A stretch of 64,000 nt of DNA from Candidatus Aminicenantes bacterium (GTDB taxonomy: Bacteria > Acidobacteriota > Aminicenantia > Aminicenantales > UBA4085), in NCBI GenBank assembly GCA_963783665.1, contig CAWANZ010000007.1:156793-220792 (forward strand), given 5' to 3'. Made by a program: the position numbers and the translations under genes. A model generated the notes under the pieces. That model made no database searches and had not been told where the DNA came from. It worked only from the letters and a program-made list of their open reading frames with translations. This document shows positions 48,089 to 58,364 of this stretch, piece by piece; position 1 is the stretch's first letter; each line of letters starts with the position of its first letter.

Positions 48089-48689
48089 ATGCCGAAATCA
48101 GCGCACGCCATTCTGATCCCCGTTTTGGCCGTCCTGGCCATCGGCCTGGCCCTCTTCTTTTTTCTGAGCGAGGACCGGGAGATCGATTAAGAAGGCCCCG
48201 ATCACAGCCGGGCCGGCGGCGGGAGAAGGCGCGGCCTCAGCCGACATCCGGCCGAAGCGAAGGTCACCCTCTTGTTTGTCGGCGAGGACAGCGAATCCCT
48301 CATCCCGGAGGAGCGGGAAATTCTCGCCGACCCGGCTTCGCCTGCGGCCGAAGCCCGGGAGATCCTGCTGCGAGCTGATCAAAGGCTCGCAAACCGGACT
48401 GTTGTCGGCCGTTCCGCCCGAGACCAAGCTCCTCCAGGTCTATGTCGACAAGGAGGGAACGGCCTTCGTCGATTTCTCCCGGGAGTTTGCCGACCGGCAT
48501 CCTTCGGGCTCGACGGCCGAAATCGCGACGGTCTACGCCGTCGTCGACTCCCTGGCCTCAAAACCTCAAGTCCGTGAAAAAGGTGTTTCTCCTGGTCGAC
48601 GGCGAGGAGCGGGAGACCCTTGCCGGGCATATCGCTCTCGACTCGCCCCATCGCTTCCCGATTTTTCTCTCATCGCCGGTCGAAATTGA
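48089..48689 (+). CDS. GerMN domain protein; in-frame TAA plus three frame breaks
   Basis: ATG 48089 opens a TM anchor, MPKSAHAILIPVLAVLAIGLALFFF. An in-frame TAA lies at 48188. The reading then goes KVTLLFVGEDSESLIPEEREIL..ELIKGSQTGLLSAVPPETKLL..VYVDKEGTAFVDFS..VKKVFLLVDGEERETLAGHIALDSP..LPDFSLIAGRN, assembled from three frames. The breaks are near 48371, near 48558 and at 48646-48649. Confidence 0.6.
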
Positions 48690-48709
48690 CCGCAACCGGA
48701 GGCGCCCCG

Positions 48710-50045
48710 ATGACCGAAGTCCAGGCTCTTCCCCGGGTCGTGATCGTCGGCTATCCCAATGCCGGGAAGTCGACCCTGTTCAATCGCCTCCTCCGGCAGA
48801 AAAAGGCCCTCGTCCATTCGCTCCCGGGGATGACCCGGGATTTTATCGCCGGGGAAGCGCGTCTTGCCGGCCGCCGGGTCGAGCTCGTGGACACGGGCGG
48901 ATTCCTCGATTCCCCGGCCGAGCCGTACTCCGCTCAGGTCAAGGCCAAGGCCTGGGCCGCGGCCAAGTCGGCCGATGTCGTCCTGCTCCTTCTGGACGGG
49001 CAGAGAGGATTGCTCCCCGTCGAGGAGGACCTGCTCCGGTCCCTCCGGAAGCTCGGCCGGCCGTTCCTCGTCGCCGTCAACAAGATCGACACCGAGTCGG
49101 AAAGGCCGGAGCTCGGCGAATATTACAAGCTGGGGCGCTCCCGGGCTTCTCTTCATCTCCGCCGAGCACAAGCTGGGGATCGGGGCCCTGGAGTCGGCCG
49201 TCGCCGACCTCCTTCCGCCCGCCTCGGAAGGGGAGGAGGAGGCCGGGCCCCGGCCGCTCCGCATCGCGGTCATCGGCCGGACCAACGTCGGCAAATCCTC
49301 GCTGATCAACCGTTTCTGCGGCGAAGAGCGGGCGATCGTCAGCGAGATTCCGGGGACGACCCGCGACAGCACCGACGTCCTCATCCGGCGGGGTGCGAAG
49401 TCTTACCTCCTCGTCGATACGGCCGGGATCCGGCGGTTCGGCAAGGTCGGCGACGAGCGCGAGAGCGCCGGCGTCATCAAGGCCCGGAAGAACATCCCGT
49501 TGGCCGACGTCCTCTGCCTGGTTCTGGACACGGCGGAATTTCCGGCCCGCCAGGACGGAACGGTGGCCTCCCTGGCCCTGGAATCGGGGAAGCCGCTGGT
49601 CATCGCCCTGAACAAATGGGACCTGGTCCGGGAGGATGATGTGGTCATGGAGGAAGTTGAGAGGGCCCTCTGGAGCCGCCTCGACTTCGTGAATTATGCC
49701 CCGGTCGTTCCGGTCTCGGCGTTGTCCGGGAAAAACGTCGGTCGGATCCTCGACCTGGCCGAGCAGGTCTTTAAAAACGGACAAAAAATGATCGGGACGG
49801 CCCTTCTCAACAAGTTCGTGGCGGTCCTGAACTCTGAAAACGCGCCGATGACCAAGAAAGGCTACCGCTTCTCGATCAAGTATATGACCCAGAAGAGTGT
49901 CCTCCCCCCGACCTTCGTCGCCTTCGCCAATGCCCGGGAGCCGATGGCTCCGGCTTATGAGAAGTTCCTGGTTCAGCGGATGAGGCGTGAATTCGGGTTC
50001 GAAGGCACCCCCGTCCGGATCCTCCTCCGCGGCCCCAACCTCTGA
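48710..50045 (+). CDS. der: ribosome-associated GTPase Der (EngA); frame break in a G4 run (49132-49135)
   Basis: GGAGG precedes ATG 48710. The first G domain has VVIVGYPNAGKSTLFN and DTGG. The second has IAVIGRTNVGKSSLIN and DTAG. A KH-like C-terminus is present. Removing one G gives ..EYYKLGAPGLLFISAEHKLGIG.., the canonical Der sequence. Confidence 0.9.
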
Positions 50046-50064
50046 AATCCGGGCCGAGCCAGAG

Positions 50065-50093
50065 TTGACTTTAAGCCCGTATTCGTTTATAAA
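50065..50093 (+). promoter_or_regulatory. candidate sigma-70-type promoter
   Basis: TTGACT (50065-50070), a 17-nt spacer, then TATAAA (50088-50093), upstream of AGGAGG and ATG 50139. Confidence 0.4.
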
Positions 50094-50138
50094 TTGGGTC
50101 TATTCCTATCAAAGGACGCTTGTCCTTAGGAGGTCAAG

Positions 50139-51131
50139 ATGTCGAGGATACGCGCTTCGCGTTTATTTATCGGATTGTTCGCGGCGGCGATCGTCGTTGC
50201 CTCCGTCGCCTGCGATAAGCTGAACGTCAAGTACCTGAGCGGAAATCATCATTTCAACCGGGGCAACGCCCTCTTCAACGAGAAGAAGTATACGAAGGCC
50301 ATCGAGGAATACGAGCTGGCCGTCCAGAACAATCCCGAGTTGAAAGAAGCCTACCGTTACATTGGCGAAAGCTACAAGTCCATCTTCCAGCCGGGCAAAG
50401 AGTCGGCAGACAACAAGGTCCGCGGGGAGAAGGCCCTGGAAGCCCTGAGAAAGGCTTATGATATCGACCCGGACAATAAGGACATCATCTACTCGCTGGC
50501 CGACATGTATGACAAGCTCCGCGACGTCGCCAATGCCGAGCAGCTGTTCCTCCGGATCATCGATCTCGAGCCCGGCAACATGAACAACTATTACATTGCC
50601 GCCGAGTTCTACAAGCGGTACGCCGGGGAAAACAAGGACCTCAAACAGAAAGCCGAGCAGATGTATCTCCGCCGGATCGAGACCGACCCGGATGCGGTCC
50701 AGGGCTACGCTTACATGGCCAACTATTACGACAACCTCCCGGTGACCGAATTTAAGGACAAGTTCGACCGGGCCCTTGAATACCATGCGAAGCGGAAGGC
50801 GATCGAGCCCAACAGCGCCGAGCTCTACTACACGATCGGCGTCAACCGGTTCAACAAAGCGTATCAGCTCCAGAATTTCCTGTCCGATCCCCAGAAGGCG
50901 GAAGCCGCGGCCGAGTCCGAGACGGCCCTTCTCAAGGCGATCGAGCTCGATTCGTCGTTCGCCAATTCCTTCGCCTATATGAAGATGCTCTACATCAACG
51001 TCCACGCCAAGATCTTCCCGGAGAAGGAAAGCCGGTACCTCGCCGAAGCCGATCGCTATGGCGAGAAGTTCACCGAAGCCCAGAAACGGGCCGTCGAGCG
51101 GATGAAGCTGGAAAAAGAGCTGAAGAAATAA
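50139..51131 (+). CDS. tetratricopeptide repeat protein (possible lipoprotein)
   Basis: The N-terminus MSRIRASRLFIGLFAAAIVVASVAC is followed by repeated TPR-like helices (..YTKAIEEYELAVQNNPELKEAYRYIGESY..). Confidence 0.7.
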   Translation: MSRIRASRLFIGLFAAAIVVASVACDKLNVKYLSGNHHFNRGNALFNEKKYTKAIEEYELAVQNNPELKEAYRYIGESYKSIFQPGKESADNKVRGEKALEALRKAYDIDPDNKDIIYSLADMYDKLRDVANAEQLFLRIIDLEPGNMNNYYIAAEFYKRYAGENKDLKQKAEQMYLRRIETDPDAVQGYAYMANYYDNLPVTEFKDKFDRALEYHAKRKAIEPNSAELYYTIGVNRFNKAYQLQNFLSDPQKAEAAAESETALLKAIELDSSFANSFAYMKMLYINVHAKIFPEKESRYLAEADRYGEKFTEAQKRAVERMKLEKELKK

Positions 51132-51159
51132 TCTTTTTTCGATCGGACGCGATTCCCAT

Positions 51160-51198
51160 CCCGCCTCTCCGGCCCGGCCGGGGAGGCGGGATTTTTTA
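51160..51198 (+). terminator. rho-independent terminator
   Basis: CCCGCCTC (51160-51167) pairs with GAGGCGGG (51183-51190), followed by ATTTTTTATTT. Confidence 0.7.
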
Positions 51199-51199
51199 T

Positions 51200-51228
51200 T
51201 TGACATCTCCGCCGGGATAGGGTATCCT
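51200..51228 (+). promoter_or_regulatory. candidate promoter of the rplM-rpsI block
   Basis: TTGACA (51200-51205), a 17-nt spacer, then TATCCT (51223-51228). The -10 element is weak. Confidence 0.3.
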
Positions 51229-51298
51229 ACCCCATCATTTTATAAGAGCGAAACCTGTAGTCAGTGTTTCCTATTCTCTCATGTTGAGGTTTATGCCG

Positions 51299-51727
51299 AT
51301 GAAGACTTTTGTCCCAAAAAAGGATGCCGTCGAAAAGAAGTGGTGGGTGATCGATGCGGACGGAAAAGTCCTGGGACGTCTGGCCACGCAGATCGCCATT
51401 TTGCTCCGCGGCAAGGCGAAACCGCAGTACGCGCCGTTCGTCGACACCGGCGATTTCGTCATCGTCGTCAACGCCGAAAAAATTGCGGTCACCGGCCGCA
51501 AAACCGAGCTCAAGGAATACCATTCCCACTCGGGTTATCCCGGCGGAATCAAGACCGAGATCCTCAAGGACTTGATGGCGAAAAAGCCCGAAGACGTCAT
51601 TAAGAAAGCCGTCTGGGGCATGATTCCCAAGAACACCCTCGGGCGCGCGGTTTACAAGAAGCTCAAAGTTTACCGCGGCCCTGAGCATCCCCACGCGGCC
51701 CAGAATCCCGTGGCATACCGGTTCTAA
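51299..51727 (+). CDS. rplM: 50S ribosomal protein L13
   Basis: [38 protein letters not shown] is a canonical L13 N-terminus. The track ORF opens at 51281. Confidence 0.95.
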   Translation: MKTFVPKKDAVEKKWWVIDADGKVLGRLATQIAILLRGKAKPQYAPFVDTGDFVIVVNAEKIAVTGRKTELKEYHSHSGYPGGIKTEILKDLMAKKPEDVIKKAVWGMIPKNTLGRAVYKKLKVYRGPEHPHAAQNPVAYRF

Positions 51728-51744
51728 TCGAGGAGGCCGACCCA

Positions 51745-52149
51745 GTGAGTCTCATTCAGTATTACGGCACAGGCAAGCGGAAGACATCCATCGCCCGGGT
51801 CTTCCTGCGCACCGGCAAAGGCGATTTTACCCTGTTCGTCAACAAGCGCCCCCGCGTTTTCGACGACTACTTCCGGATGGAGTCCCACCGGATTAAGATC
51901 AAGCAGCCCCTGGCCCTGACGTCGACCGAGGACAAGTTCGACATTTTCATGCGGGTCGAAGGCGGCGGTGTCCACGGCCAGGCTGAAGCCGTCCGGCTGG
52001 GCATCACCCGGGCCCTCATCGAATTCAACCGGGAGCTCAAACCGGCTCTCAAGGCCGCCGGCCTTGTCACCCGCGACTCCCGGATCAAAGAGCGGAAAAA
52101 ATACGGCCTGCTCGGCGCCCGCAAGGCCCCGCAGTACCACAAGCGTTAA
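51745..52149 (+). CDS. rpsI: 30S ribosomal protein S9
   Basis: GAGGAGG precedes GTG 51745. The protein reads [16 protein letters not shown].. and ends ..RKAPQYHKR, a canonical S9. Confidence 0.95.
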   Translation: MSLIQYYGTGKRKTSIARVFLRTGKGDFTLFVNKRPRVFDDYFRMESHRIKIKQPLALTSTEDKFDIFMRVEGGGVHGQAEAVRLGITRALIEFNRELKPALKAAGLVTRDSRIKERKKYGLLGARKAPQYHKR

Positions 52150-52160
52150 CGGAGGATCCC

Positions 52161-52919
52161 GTGGTCTCAGTCACGATGAAGGAATTGTTGGAGGCGGGCG
52201 TCCATTTCGGGCACCAAACCAAGCGCTGGAATCCCAAGATGAAGGAATTCATCTACGGCCAGCGGAACGGCATCTACATCATCGACTTGCAGAAGACGAT
52301 CAAGGTCTTCAAGGAAAGCCTGGCCTTCGTCAAGGTCATGGCCGAGGGCGGCAAGGACATCCTGTTCGTCGGGACCAAGAAACAGGCCCAGGATATCGTC
52401 CGGGACGCGGCCCTCAAATGCGAGTCGAGCTACGTCAACCAGCGCTGGCTGGGCGGACTTCTGACGAACTTCAAGGTCATCCGAGGCTCGATCGACAAGC
52501 TGGTCGAGATGGAGGAGATGCGGGAAGACGGCCGCTGGGACCTTCTCTCCAAGAAGGAGCAATCCAAGATGGAGAAAGTCTACCGCAAACTCAGCAAGAA
52601 CCTGGGCGGGATCAAGAATATGAAAGGCGTCCCCGGGGCGATGTTCGTCATCGACTCCTCCCGGGAGACCATCGCCCTCGAGGAAGCGCGGAAGATGGGG
52701 ATCCCGATCGTGGCCATCGTCGACACCAACGGCGATCCCGACAACTTGACGTATCCCATCCCCGGCAACGACGACGCCGTCCGGGCGATCGAGCTGTTTT
52801 CCGGCAAGATCTCGGAAGCCATCCTCGACGGCAAGAAGTCGGCAATCGAAAAATCGATGCTCGAGGACAAGGCCGGGGAAGCCCCGGCCGCCGAGGAATC
52901 GACCCTGGACCTCGGCTGA
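52161..52919 (+). CDS. rpsB: 30S ribosomal protein S2
   Basis: [30 protein letters not shown] are canonical S2 motifs. Confidence 0.95.
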   Translation: MVSVTMKELLEAGVHFGHQTKRWNPKMKEFIYGQRNGIYIIDLQKTIKVFKESLAFVKVMAEGGKDILFVGTKKQAQDIVRDAALKCESSYVNQRWLGGLLTNFKVIRGSIDKLVEMEEMREDGRWDLLSKKEQSKMEKVYRKLSKNLGGIKNMKGVPGAMFVIDSSRETIALEEARKMGIPIVAIVDTNGDPDNLTYPIPGNDDAVRAIELFSGKISEAILDGKKSAIEKSMLEDKAGEAPAAEESTLDLG

Positions 52920-52977
52920 GACCCTCGGGGGGCGGGACCGGGCCCGATCCCGGACGAAACGACATAAGGAGTTCCTG

Positions 52978-53571
52978 ATGGATATTACGGCGGATATGGT
53001 TAAAGAATTACGCGAGCGCACCGGCATCGGCATGATGGAGTGCAAGCGGGCCCTGGAAGAAGCTTCCGGGGACCAGGAAAAGGCCATCGAAATCCTGCGG
53101 AAGAAGGGCTACGCCCGGGCCGCGGAAAAAGCCGAGCGGGCCGCCCTGGAAGGCCGGATCGGGGCGTACATCCACACCAACGGCAAAATCGGCGTCCTCG
53201 TTGAAATCAACTGCGAAACCGATTTTGTGGCCAAGAATGAAGAGTTCCTGGACCTGGTCAAGAGCGTCGCCATGCACATCGCGGCGGCGAATCCGAAATA
53301 CGTCGCCCCGGCCGACATCCCGGCCGACATCCTCGAGAAAGAGCGGGAGATTATCCGCGAACAGTTCAAGGACTCCAAGAAGCCGGCGGAGATCGTCGAG
53401 AAGATCGTCGAGGGCAAGCTGACCAAGTTCTACGAGGAGACCTGTCTCCTGGAGCAGCCCTACATCCGCGACGACAAGATGAAGGTCAAGGACCTCCTGA
53501 CCCAGTTCATCAGCAAATTCAAGGAGAACACCAAGATCGGCCGGTTCACCCGGTACCAGATCACGAAATAA
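52978..53571 (+). CDS. tsf: translation elongation factor Ts
   Basis: MVKELRERTGIGMMECKRALEE (UBA-like N-terminus) and EINCETDFVAKNEEF are canonical EF-Ts. This is the short form, 197 aa. Confidence 0.93.
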   Translation: MDITADMVKELRERTGIGMMECKRALEEASGDQEKAIEILRKKGYARAAEKAERAALEGRIGAYIHTNGKIGVLVEINCETDFVAKNEEFLDLVKSVAMHIAAANPKYVAPADIPADILEKEREIIREQFKDSKKPAEIVEKIVEGKLTKFYEETCLLEQPYIRDDKMKVKDLLTQFISKFKENTKIGRFTRYQITK

Positions 53572-53588
53572 TCGAGAGGAGGCAGGTC

Positions 53589-54303
53589 GTGTCGAAACTC
53601 GCCTACGACCGCGTTCTGCTCAAGCTTTCGGGGGAGTCTCTCCTGGGGAAGATGTCCTTCGGCATCGATTTTCGCGACGGCCCAATCCATCGCCCAGGAA
53701 ATCAAAGACGTCCAGGCCTGCGGCGTCCAGATCGCGATCATGATCGGGGGCGGTAACATCTTCCGCGGCGTGCGGGGCACGTCCGAGGGAGTGGAGCGCG
53801 TCTCGGCCGACCAGATGGGCCTCCTGGCCACGATCATGAACGGGATCGCCCTCCAGGACGCCCTTGAGAAGATCGGCGTCCACACCCGCCATGTTTCGGC
53901 CATGGAAATCCGGGCCATCGCCGAGCCGTTCATCCGGCGCCGCGTTCTCCGCCACCTGGAGAAGGGCCGGGTCGTCATTTTCAGCGCCGGGCTGGGCAGT
54001 CCCTATTTCACGACGGACACTGCGGCGGCCCTGCGGGCTCTGGAAATCAAGGCCGGGGCGATCCTCAAGGCAACGAAAGTCGACGGCATCTATTCGGCCG
54101 ATCCCCTGAAGAATCCCCAGGCCAAGCGGTTCCAGCGGATCCGGTACATCGAGGTCCTGAAAAAGGGCCTCGAAGTCATGGACGCGACGGCCATTTCCCT
54201 CTGCAAGGACAACAAGCTCCCGATTGTCGTCTTCAGCTTGAAGAAGCACGGCAATATCCTTCGGGCGGTTATGGGCGAGAACATCGGGACGACCGTTTAT
54301 TAA
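53589..54303 (+). CDS. pyrH: UMP kinase; frame break in a T4 run (53669-53672)
   Basis: GAGAGGAGG precedes GTG 53589, which opens [23 protein letters not shown]. Removing one T gives ..[36 protein letters not shown].., canonical PyrH. The track shows only 53740..54303. Confidence 0.9.
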
Positions 54304-54316
54304 CCTGGAGGTCGAT

Positions 54317-54874
54317 ATGGTCAAGGACGCTCTGCACGATCTCGATCGCAAGATGAAGGCCTCCCTGGACCATTTCCGGAAGGAGCTCAGCCGCCTCCGG
54401 ACGGGCCGGGCCAACCTCGGGATCTTCGAAGATATCAAGGTGGATTACTACGGGGTGATGACTCCGGTCAATCAGACCGCCCGGGTCGGCATCCCCGATC
54501 CCAGCTTAATCACGGTCGCTCCCTACGACGCATCCGTTCTGGAAGCGATCGACAAGGCCATCCGCTCGGCCGACCTGGGATTCAACCCCATCAACGACGG
54601 CAAGATGCTCAAGATTCCGGTGCCCCCCCTGGACGAGGAACGGCGCCGGGAGATCGTCAAGAAGGTCAAGAAGATGCTCGAGGACGAAAAAACCGCCCTC
54701 CGCAATCTCCGCCGCGAGACCAAGGAATTCATCGAGGAGCTCGAGAAGGAGAAGGAGATCGGCGAAGACGACAAGTTCAAAGGTCTCGAAGAGCTCCAGA
54801 AGCTGACCGACGACTTTACCAAGAAGATCGAAGAGATCGCCGCGACCAAAGAAAAAGAGATCATGCAGATCTGA
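54317..54874 (+). CDS. frr: ribosome recycling factor
   Basis: 185 aa. It contains ..LRTGRANLGIFEDIKVDYYG..IPVPPLDEERRREIVK.., canonical RRF. Confidence 0.95.
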   Translation: MVKDALHDLDRKMKASLDHFRKELSRLRTGRANLGIFEDIKVDYYGVMTPVNQTARVGIPDPSLITVAPYDASVLEAIDKAIRSADLGFNPINDGKMLKIPVPPLDEERRREIVKKVKKMLEDEKTALRNLRRETKEFIEELEKEKEIGEDDKFKGLEELQKLTDDFTKKIEEIAATKEKEIMQI

Positions 54875-54893
54875 TCTCCCCGGCCTTCCGGCC

Positions 54894-56165
54894 ATGAGCG
54901 CGCCCCGACGCATCCTGATCGTCAACACCCATTCCGTCCTCAATTCCGGGGACGCGGCCATCGTCCTGGCCCAGGTTTGCTGGCTTCGCCAAGCGGTCCC
55001 GGGAGTTCAAATCACCCTGACCTCGCGGACGGCCAAGGCCGATCGGACGCTGTACGAGCCGCTGGGTCTGCAGGTCATCCCCGCCCTGTACGATGTCCCG
55101 AGCCTTTTTTCCGGCGGCCCGGCGGGATGGACTAAAAGCCTCGCCTCCCTCGTCCGCGTCCGGGCGAAGACGGACCTCATCCGGGAAACTTCCCGGGCCG
55201 ACCTCGTCATCGGCTCGGGCGGCGGATATTTCTACTCCAACCGCCCTTCAGGCCCGGGGCCGATGTTTCTCCAGAACCTCTTCCACCTGAAGCTGGCCTG
55301 CCTCTTGAAAAAGCCGGTCGTCCTCTTTCCCCAATCTTTCGGCCCGACATTTGACGACCGCTCGTCCCGGTTGCTGGCGAACCTCGTGACGGACAAATCG
55401 GTGAAAAGAGTCCTGGTCCGGGAGGAAAACTCCCTCCGGTTTCTCGAACGCGCCCTCGGGAATAAATTCGATCCGGCCCGATTCGTCCTGTGCCCGGACC
55501 TGGCTTTTCTCCTCGCTCCGGAAGACGGCGGTGACGATATTCAGGGCCTCCCTCGTCCGGTCACGGCCATCACCGTGCGTCATTGGGATTTCCCCGAGCT
55601 TTCGTCGGCTGCGGAAAAGGAAAAGCGACGCCGCGGATACTTCGCCGGCCTCGAGGAGACCGCCGCCCGGATTTATCAAACGTGGGGCGGGACGATCCTG
55701 CTCTTTCCCCAATCCCGCGGGCCCGGCGCGTTCGAAAACGACCGGCCGGCGTCTTTGAAGCTTTATCACGCCTTGAAAAGCCGGATCCCTCCGGGACGCC
55801 TGGCCTGGGTCGATTTCCCGGACGTTGTCTCGCCGCAGGCGATCCAGCGGCTTTGCGCCCGGGCGGATCTTCTCCTGGCCACTCGGTTTCATTCGGCCAT
55901 CCTCGCCCTTCTCGGCGGGACACCCGTCCTGTCCCTTAATTACCAGCCGAAAAGCTCCGGGATGATGCGGATGCTCGGTCTGGAGCGCTATGCGGTGGAC
56001 ATCGCCGAAGTCCGGCCGGAGGTCCTCGGCCCCTTGGCCGACGAGATTCTGGGGCAGGGGAGCCGGTTCCGCCCGGCGATCCTTGAGCGCGTCGGCCGGA
56101 TGAGGGAAACGGCCAAAGCCCTTCTCCGGGAAACCCTGGACGGGATGGGTATCTTCCAACCGTGA
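54894..56165 (+). CDS. polysaccharide pyruvyl transferase family protein
   Basis: ILIVNTHSVLNSGDAAIV..VIGSGGGYFYS..LFPQSFGP..ATRFHSAILAL is the PS_pyruv_trans pattern. Confidence 0.75.
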   Translation: MSAPRRILIVNTHSVLNSGDAAIVLAQVCWLRQAVPGVQITLTSRTAKADRTLYEPLGLQVIPALYDVPSLFSGGPAGWTKSLASLVRVRAKTDLIRETSRADLVIGSGGGYFYSNRPSGPGPMFLQNLFHLKLACLLKKPVVLFPQSFGPTFDDRSSRLLANLVTDKSVKRVLVREENSLRFLERALGNKFDPARFVLCPDLAFLLAPEDGGDDIQGLPRPVTAITVRHWDFPELSSAAEKEKRRRGYFAGLEETAARIYQTWGGTILLFPQSRGPGAFENDRPASLKLYHALKSRIPPGRLAWVDFPDVVSPQAIQRLCARADLLLATRFHSAILALLGGTPVLSLNYQPKSSGMMRMLGLERYAVDIAEVRPEVLGPLADEILGQGSRFRPAILERVGRMRETAKALLRETLDGMGIFQP

Positions 56166-57388
56166 ACGTCCTTCTCGTCAATAAATATTTCTACCCCCGG
56201 GGCGGGTCCGAGCGGACGCTTTTCGACACCGCCGCTCTGCTTCAAGCGGAGGGACACCGTGTTTCATTTTTCTCCATGAGCCATCCGAAAAACCGAGAGA
56301 CGTCCTTTTCCCGGTTTTTCGTTTCGGAGATCGACTATGAGCATCCCGGCTCGCCGATCCGGAACATCCGGGCGGCGGCCCGCCTCCTCTATTCTACCGA
56401 GGCCCGGACGAAGCTGGCCCGACTGCTCGACGCCACCCGCCCCGACCTCGTCCATCTCCATAATATCCATCACCAGATCTCTCCCGCGATCATCCCGCTT
56501 CTCAAGAAGCGGGGTCTCCCGGTGGTGATGACCCTCCATGATTACAAGATGGTCTGCCCGGTTTATACGTTGGCCCGCGACGGCCGGCCATGCGAGGAAT
56601 GCCGCGGAGGGAGGTTCTCCCGCTGTTTCGTTCATCGATGCGCCAAGGGGTCCTACGGCAAAAGCCTGCTTGCCGCCGTGGAAATGGTCCTTCACCAGCG
56701 CCTGCTCCGGCTCTACCGCGGGGTCGATGTCTTTCTCGCTCCCAGCCGGTTTCTGAAAAACAAGATGGAGGAGATGGGATTTTCCGGCCGGATCGTCCAT
56801 CTGCCCAACTTCCTTCCGGTCGCCGGATTCGAGCCCGGCGGCGGCTCGCCGGGCGAGGGCGCTCTCTATTTCGGGCGCCTTTCTCCCGAAAAAGGGCTGG
56901 CCACGCTGCTCGACGCGGCCGAGCGAACCGGGATGTCCTGGAAAATCGCCGGGGAAGGGCCGCTGATGGACTCCCTGGCGGCGGAGATCCGGGAGCGTTC
57001 TTTGACAAACGTTTCCTTGTTGGGCTATAAACCCGCTGAAGCCCTCATTCCGGTCATCAGGAGTTCCATGTTCGTCGTCCTTCCTTCCGCCTGGTATGAA
57101 AACCAGCCGTACGCAGTGATGGAGGCCTTCGCCCTGGAGAAGCCGGTCGTCGCGGCCCGAATCGGCGGAATTCCCGAGCTTGTTCGGGACGGGGAAACCG
57201 GTCTGACCTTCGAATCCGGAAACGCCGCCGACCTGGCCGAAAAGGCAACGCTTCTTTTCCGGTCCCCGGCGCGGGCCCGGGACATGGGGCGGAACGCCCG
57301 GCGGCTGGTCGAAACGGAATTTTCTCCGGCCGACCATTATCGCCGGCTCATGGGCATTTACGCCTCGGTCCTGCGGGGAAAGGCCTGA
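56162..57388 (+). CDS. glycosyltransferase family 4
   Basis: The N-terminus is VNVLLVNKYFYPRGGSERTLF. The C-terminal GT1/GT4 block is FFGRLSPEKG..LPSAWYENQPYAVMEAFALEKPVVAARIGGIPELV. It overlaps the upstream stop (GTGA). Confidence 0.85.
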   Translation: MNVLLVNKYFYPRGGSERTLFDTAALLQAEGHRVSFFSMSHPKNRETSFSRFFVSEIDYEHPGSPIRNIRAAARLLYSTEARTKLARLLDATRPDLVHLHNIHHQISPAIIPLLKKRGLPVVMTLHDYKMVCPVYTLARDGRPCEECRGGRFSRCFVHRCAKGSYGKSLLAAVEMVLHQRLLRLYRGVDVFLAPSRFLKNKMEEMGFSGRIVHLPNFLPVAGFEPGGGSPGEGALYFGRLSPEKGLATLLDAAERTGMSWKIAGEGPLMDSLAAEIRERSLTNVSLLGYKPAEALIPVIRSSMFVVLPSAWYENQPYAVMEAFALEKPVVAARIGGIPELVRDGETGLTFESGNAADLAEKATLLFRSPARARDMGRNARRLVETEFSPADHYRRLMGIYASVLRGKA

Positions 57389-57389
57389 C

Positions 57390-58364
57390 ATGGAAGCGGC
57401 GATTGTCGTGACCTACAGGTGCGACAACCGCTGCCGGATGTGCGGGACCTGGAAATACCCGACTCGGCCGGAAGAGGAATTCGCGCCCGGCCTCCTTCGC
57501 AAGCTTCCCCGGCTTTCCTTCTGCAACGTGACCGGCGGGGAGCCGTTCCTCCGGGCCGACCTCGAGGAAATCGTTTCGATTCTGGCCGAGAAGGCGGGTC
57601 GAATCGTCATCTCGACCAACGGCTATCACACGGACCGGATCCTGGACCTGGCCCGCCGCCATCGCCGCCTCGGATTCCGGGTGAGCCTGGAAGGCCTGCC
57701 CGCGGTCAACGATGAGCTGCGGGGGCGGCCGGACGGCTTCGACCGCGGGCTCCGGACGCTGCTCGAGCTCCAGGCTGCCGGGGTCCGGGATATCGGATTC
57801 GGGATCACGGTTTCCGACGGGAACGCCGGGGATTTGCTGGCGCTTTATCGGCTCTCCCGGGGCCTCGGCTTGGAATTCGCCACGGCGGCCGTTCACAATT
57901 CCTATTACTTTCACACGGCCGACAACGCCTTCCGGGACCCGGACCGGGTCGCCGAGGCGTTCGCCGAGCTGATGGCGGCCCAGCTTCGCGAGAAGAACGT
58001 CAAGAGCTGGTTCCGGGCGTATTTCAACCACGGCCTGATCGCCTACGTCCGGGGGAGGGAACGGCTCCTCCCCTGCGGGGCGGGGACGGATCTGTTTTTT
58101 CTCGACCCGTTCGGCGAGATCCGGCCGTGCAACGGGATGGAGGAGAGCGCCTGGCTGGACTCGTTCGGCAACCTCCGCGACCGGCCTTTCGTTGAGATCT
58201 GGAATTCGCCGAAGGCCGCGGAAATTCGGGAGAAGGTTCGGACCTGCCCGAAGAATTGCTGGATGATCGGGACTGCGGGCCCGGCCATGAAAAAGAACAT
58301 CCGGAAACCCCTGGCCTGGATCGCCCGGCGCAAGCTCGGCCGGCCGGAGAAACAGACAACGTGA
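57390..58364 (+). CDS. radical SAM protein
   Basis: It has a CxxxCxxC cluster motif (YRCDNRCRMCGTW) at the N-terminus and GGEPFL. A C-terminal Cys-rich region is present (LPCGAG..RPCNG..CPKNCW). Confidence 0.8.
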   Translation: MEAAIVVTYRCDNRCRMCGTWKYPTRPEEEFAPGLLRKLPRLSFCNVTGGEPFLRADLEEIVSILAEKAGRIVISTNGYHTDRILDLARRHRRLGFRVSLEGLPAVNDELRGRPDGFDRGLRTLLELQAAGVRDIGFGITVSDGNAGDLLALYRLSRGLGLEFATAAVHNSYYFHTADNAFRDPDRVAEAFAELMAAQLREKNVKSWFRAYFNHGLIAYVRGRERLLPCGAGTDLFFLDPFGEIRPCNGMEESAWLDSFGNLRDRPFVEIWNSPKAAEIREKVRTCPKNCWMIGTAGPAMKKNIRKPLAWIARRKLGRPEKQTT

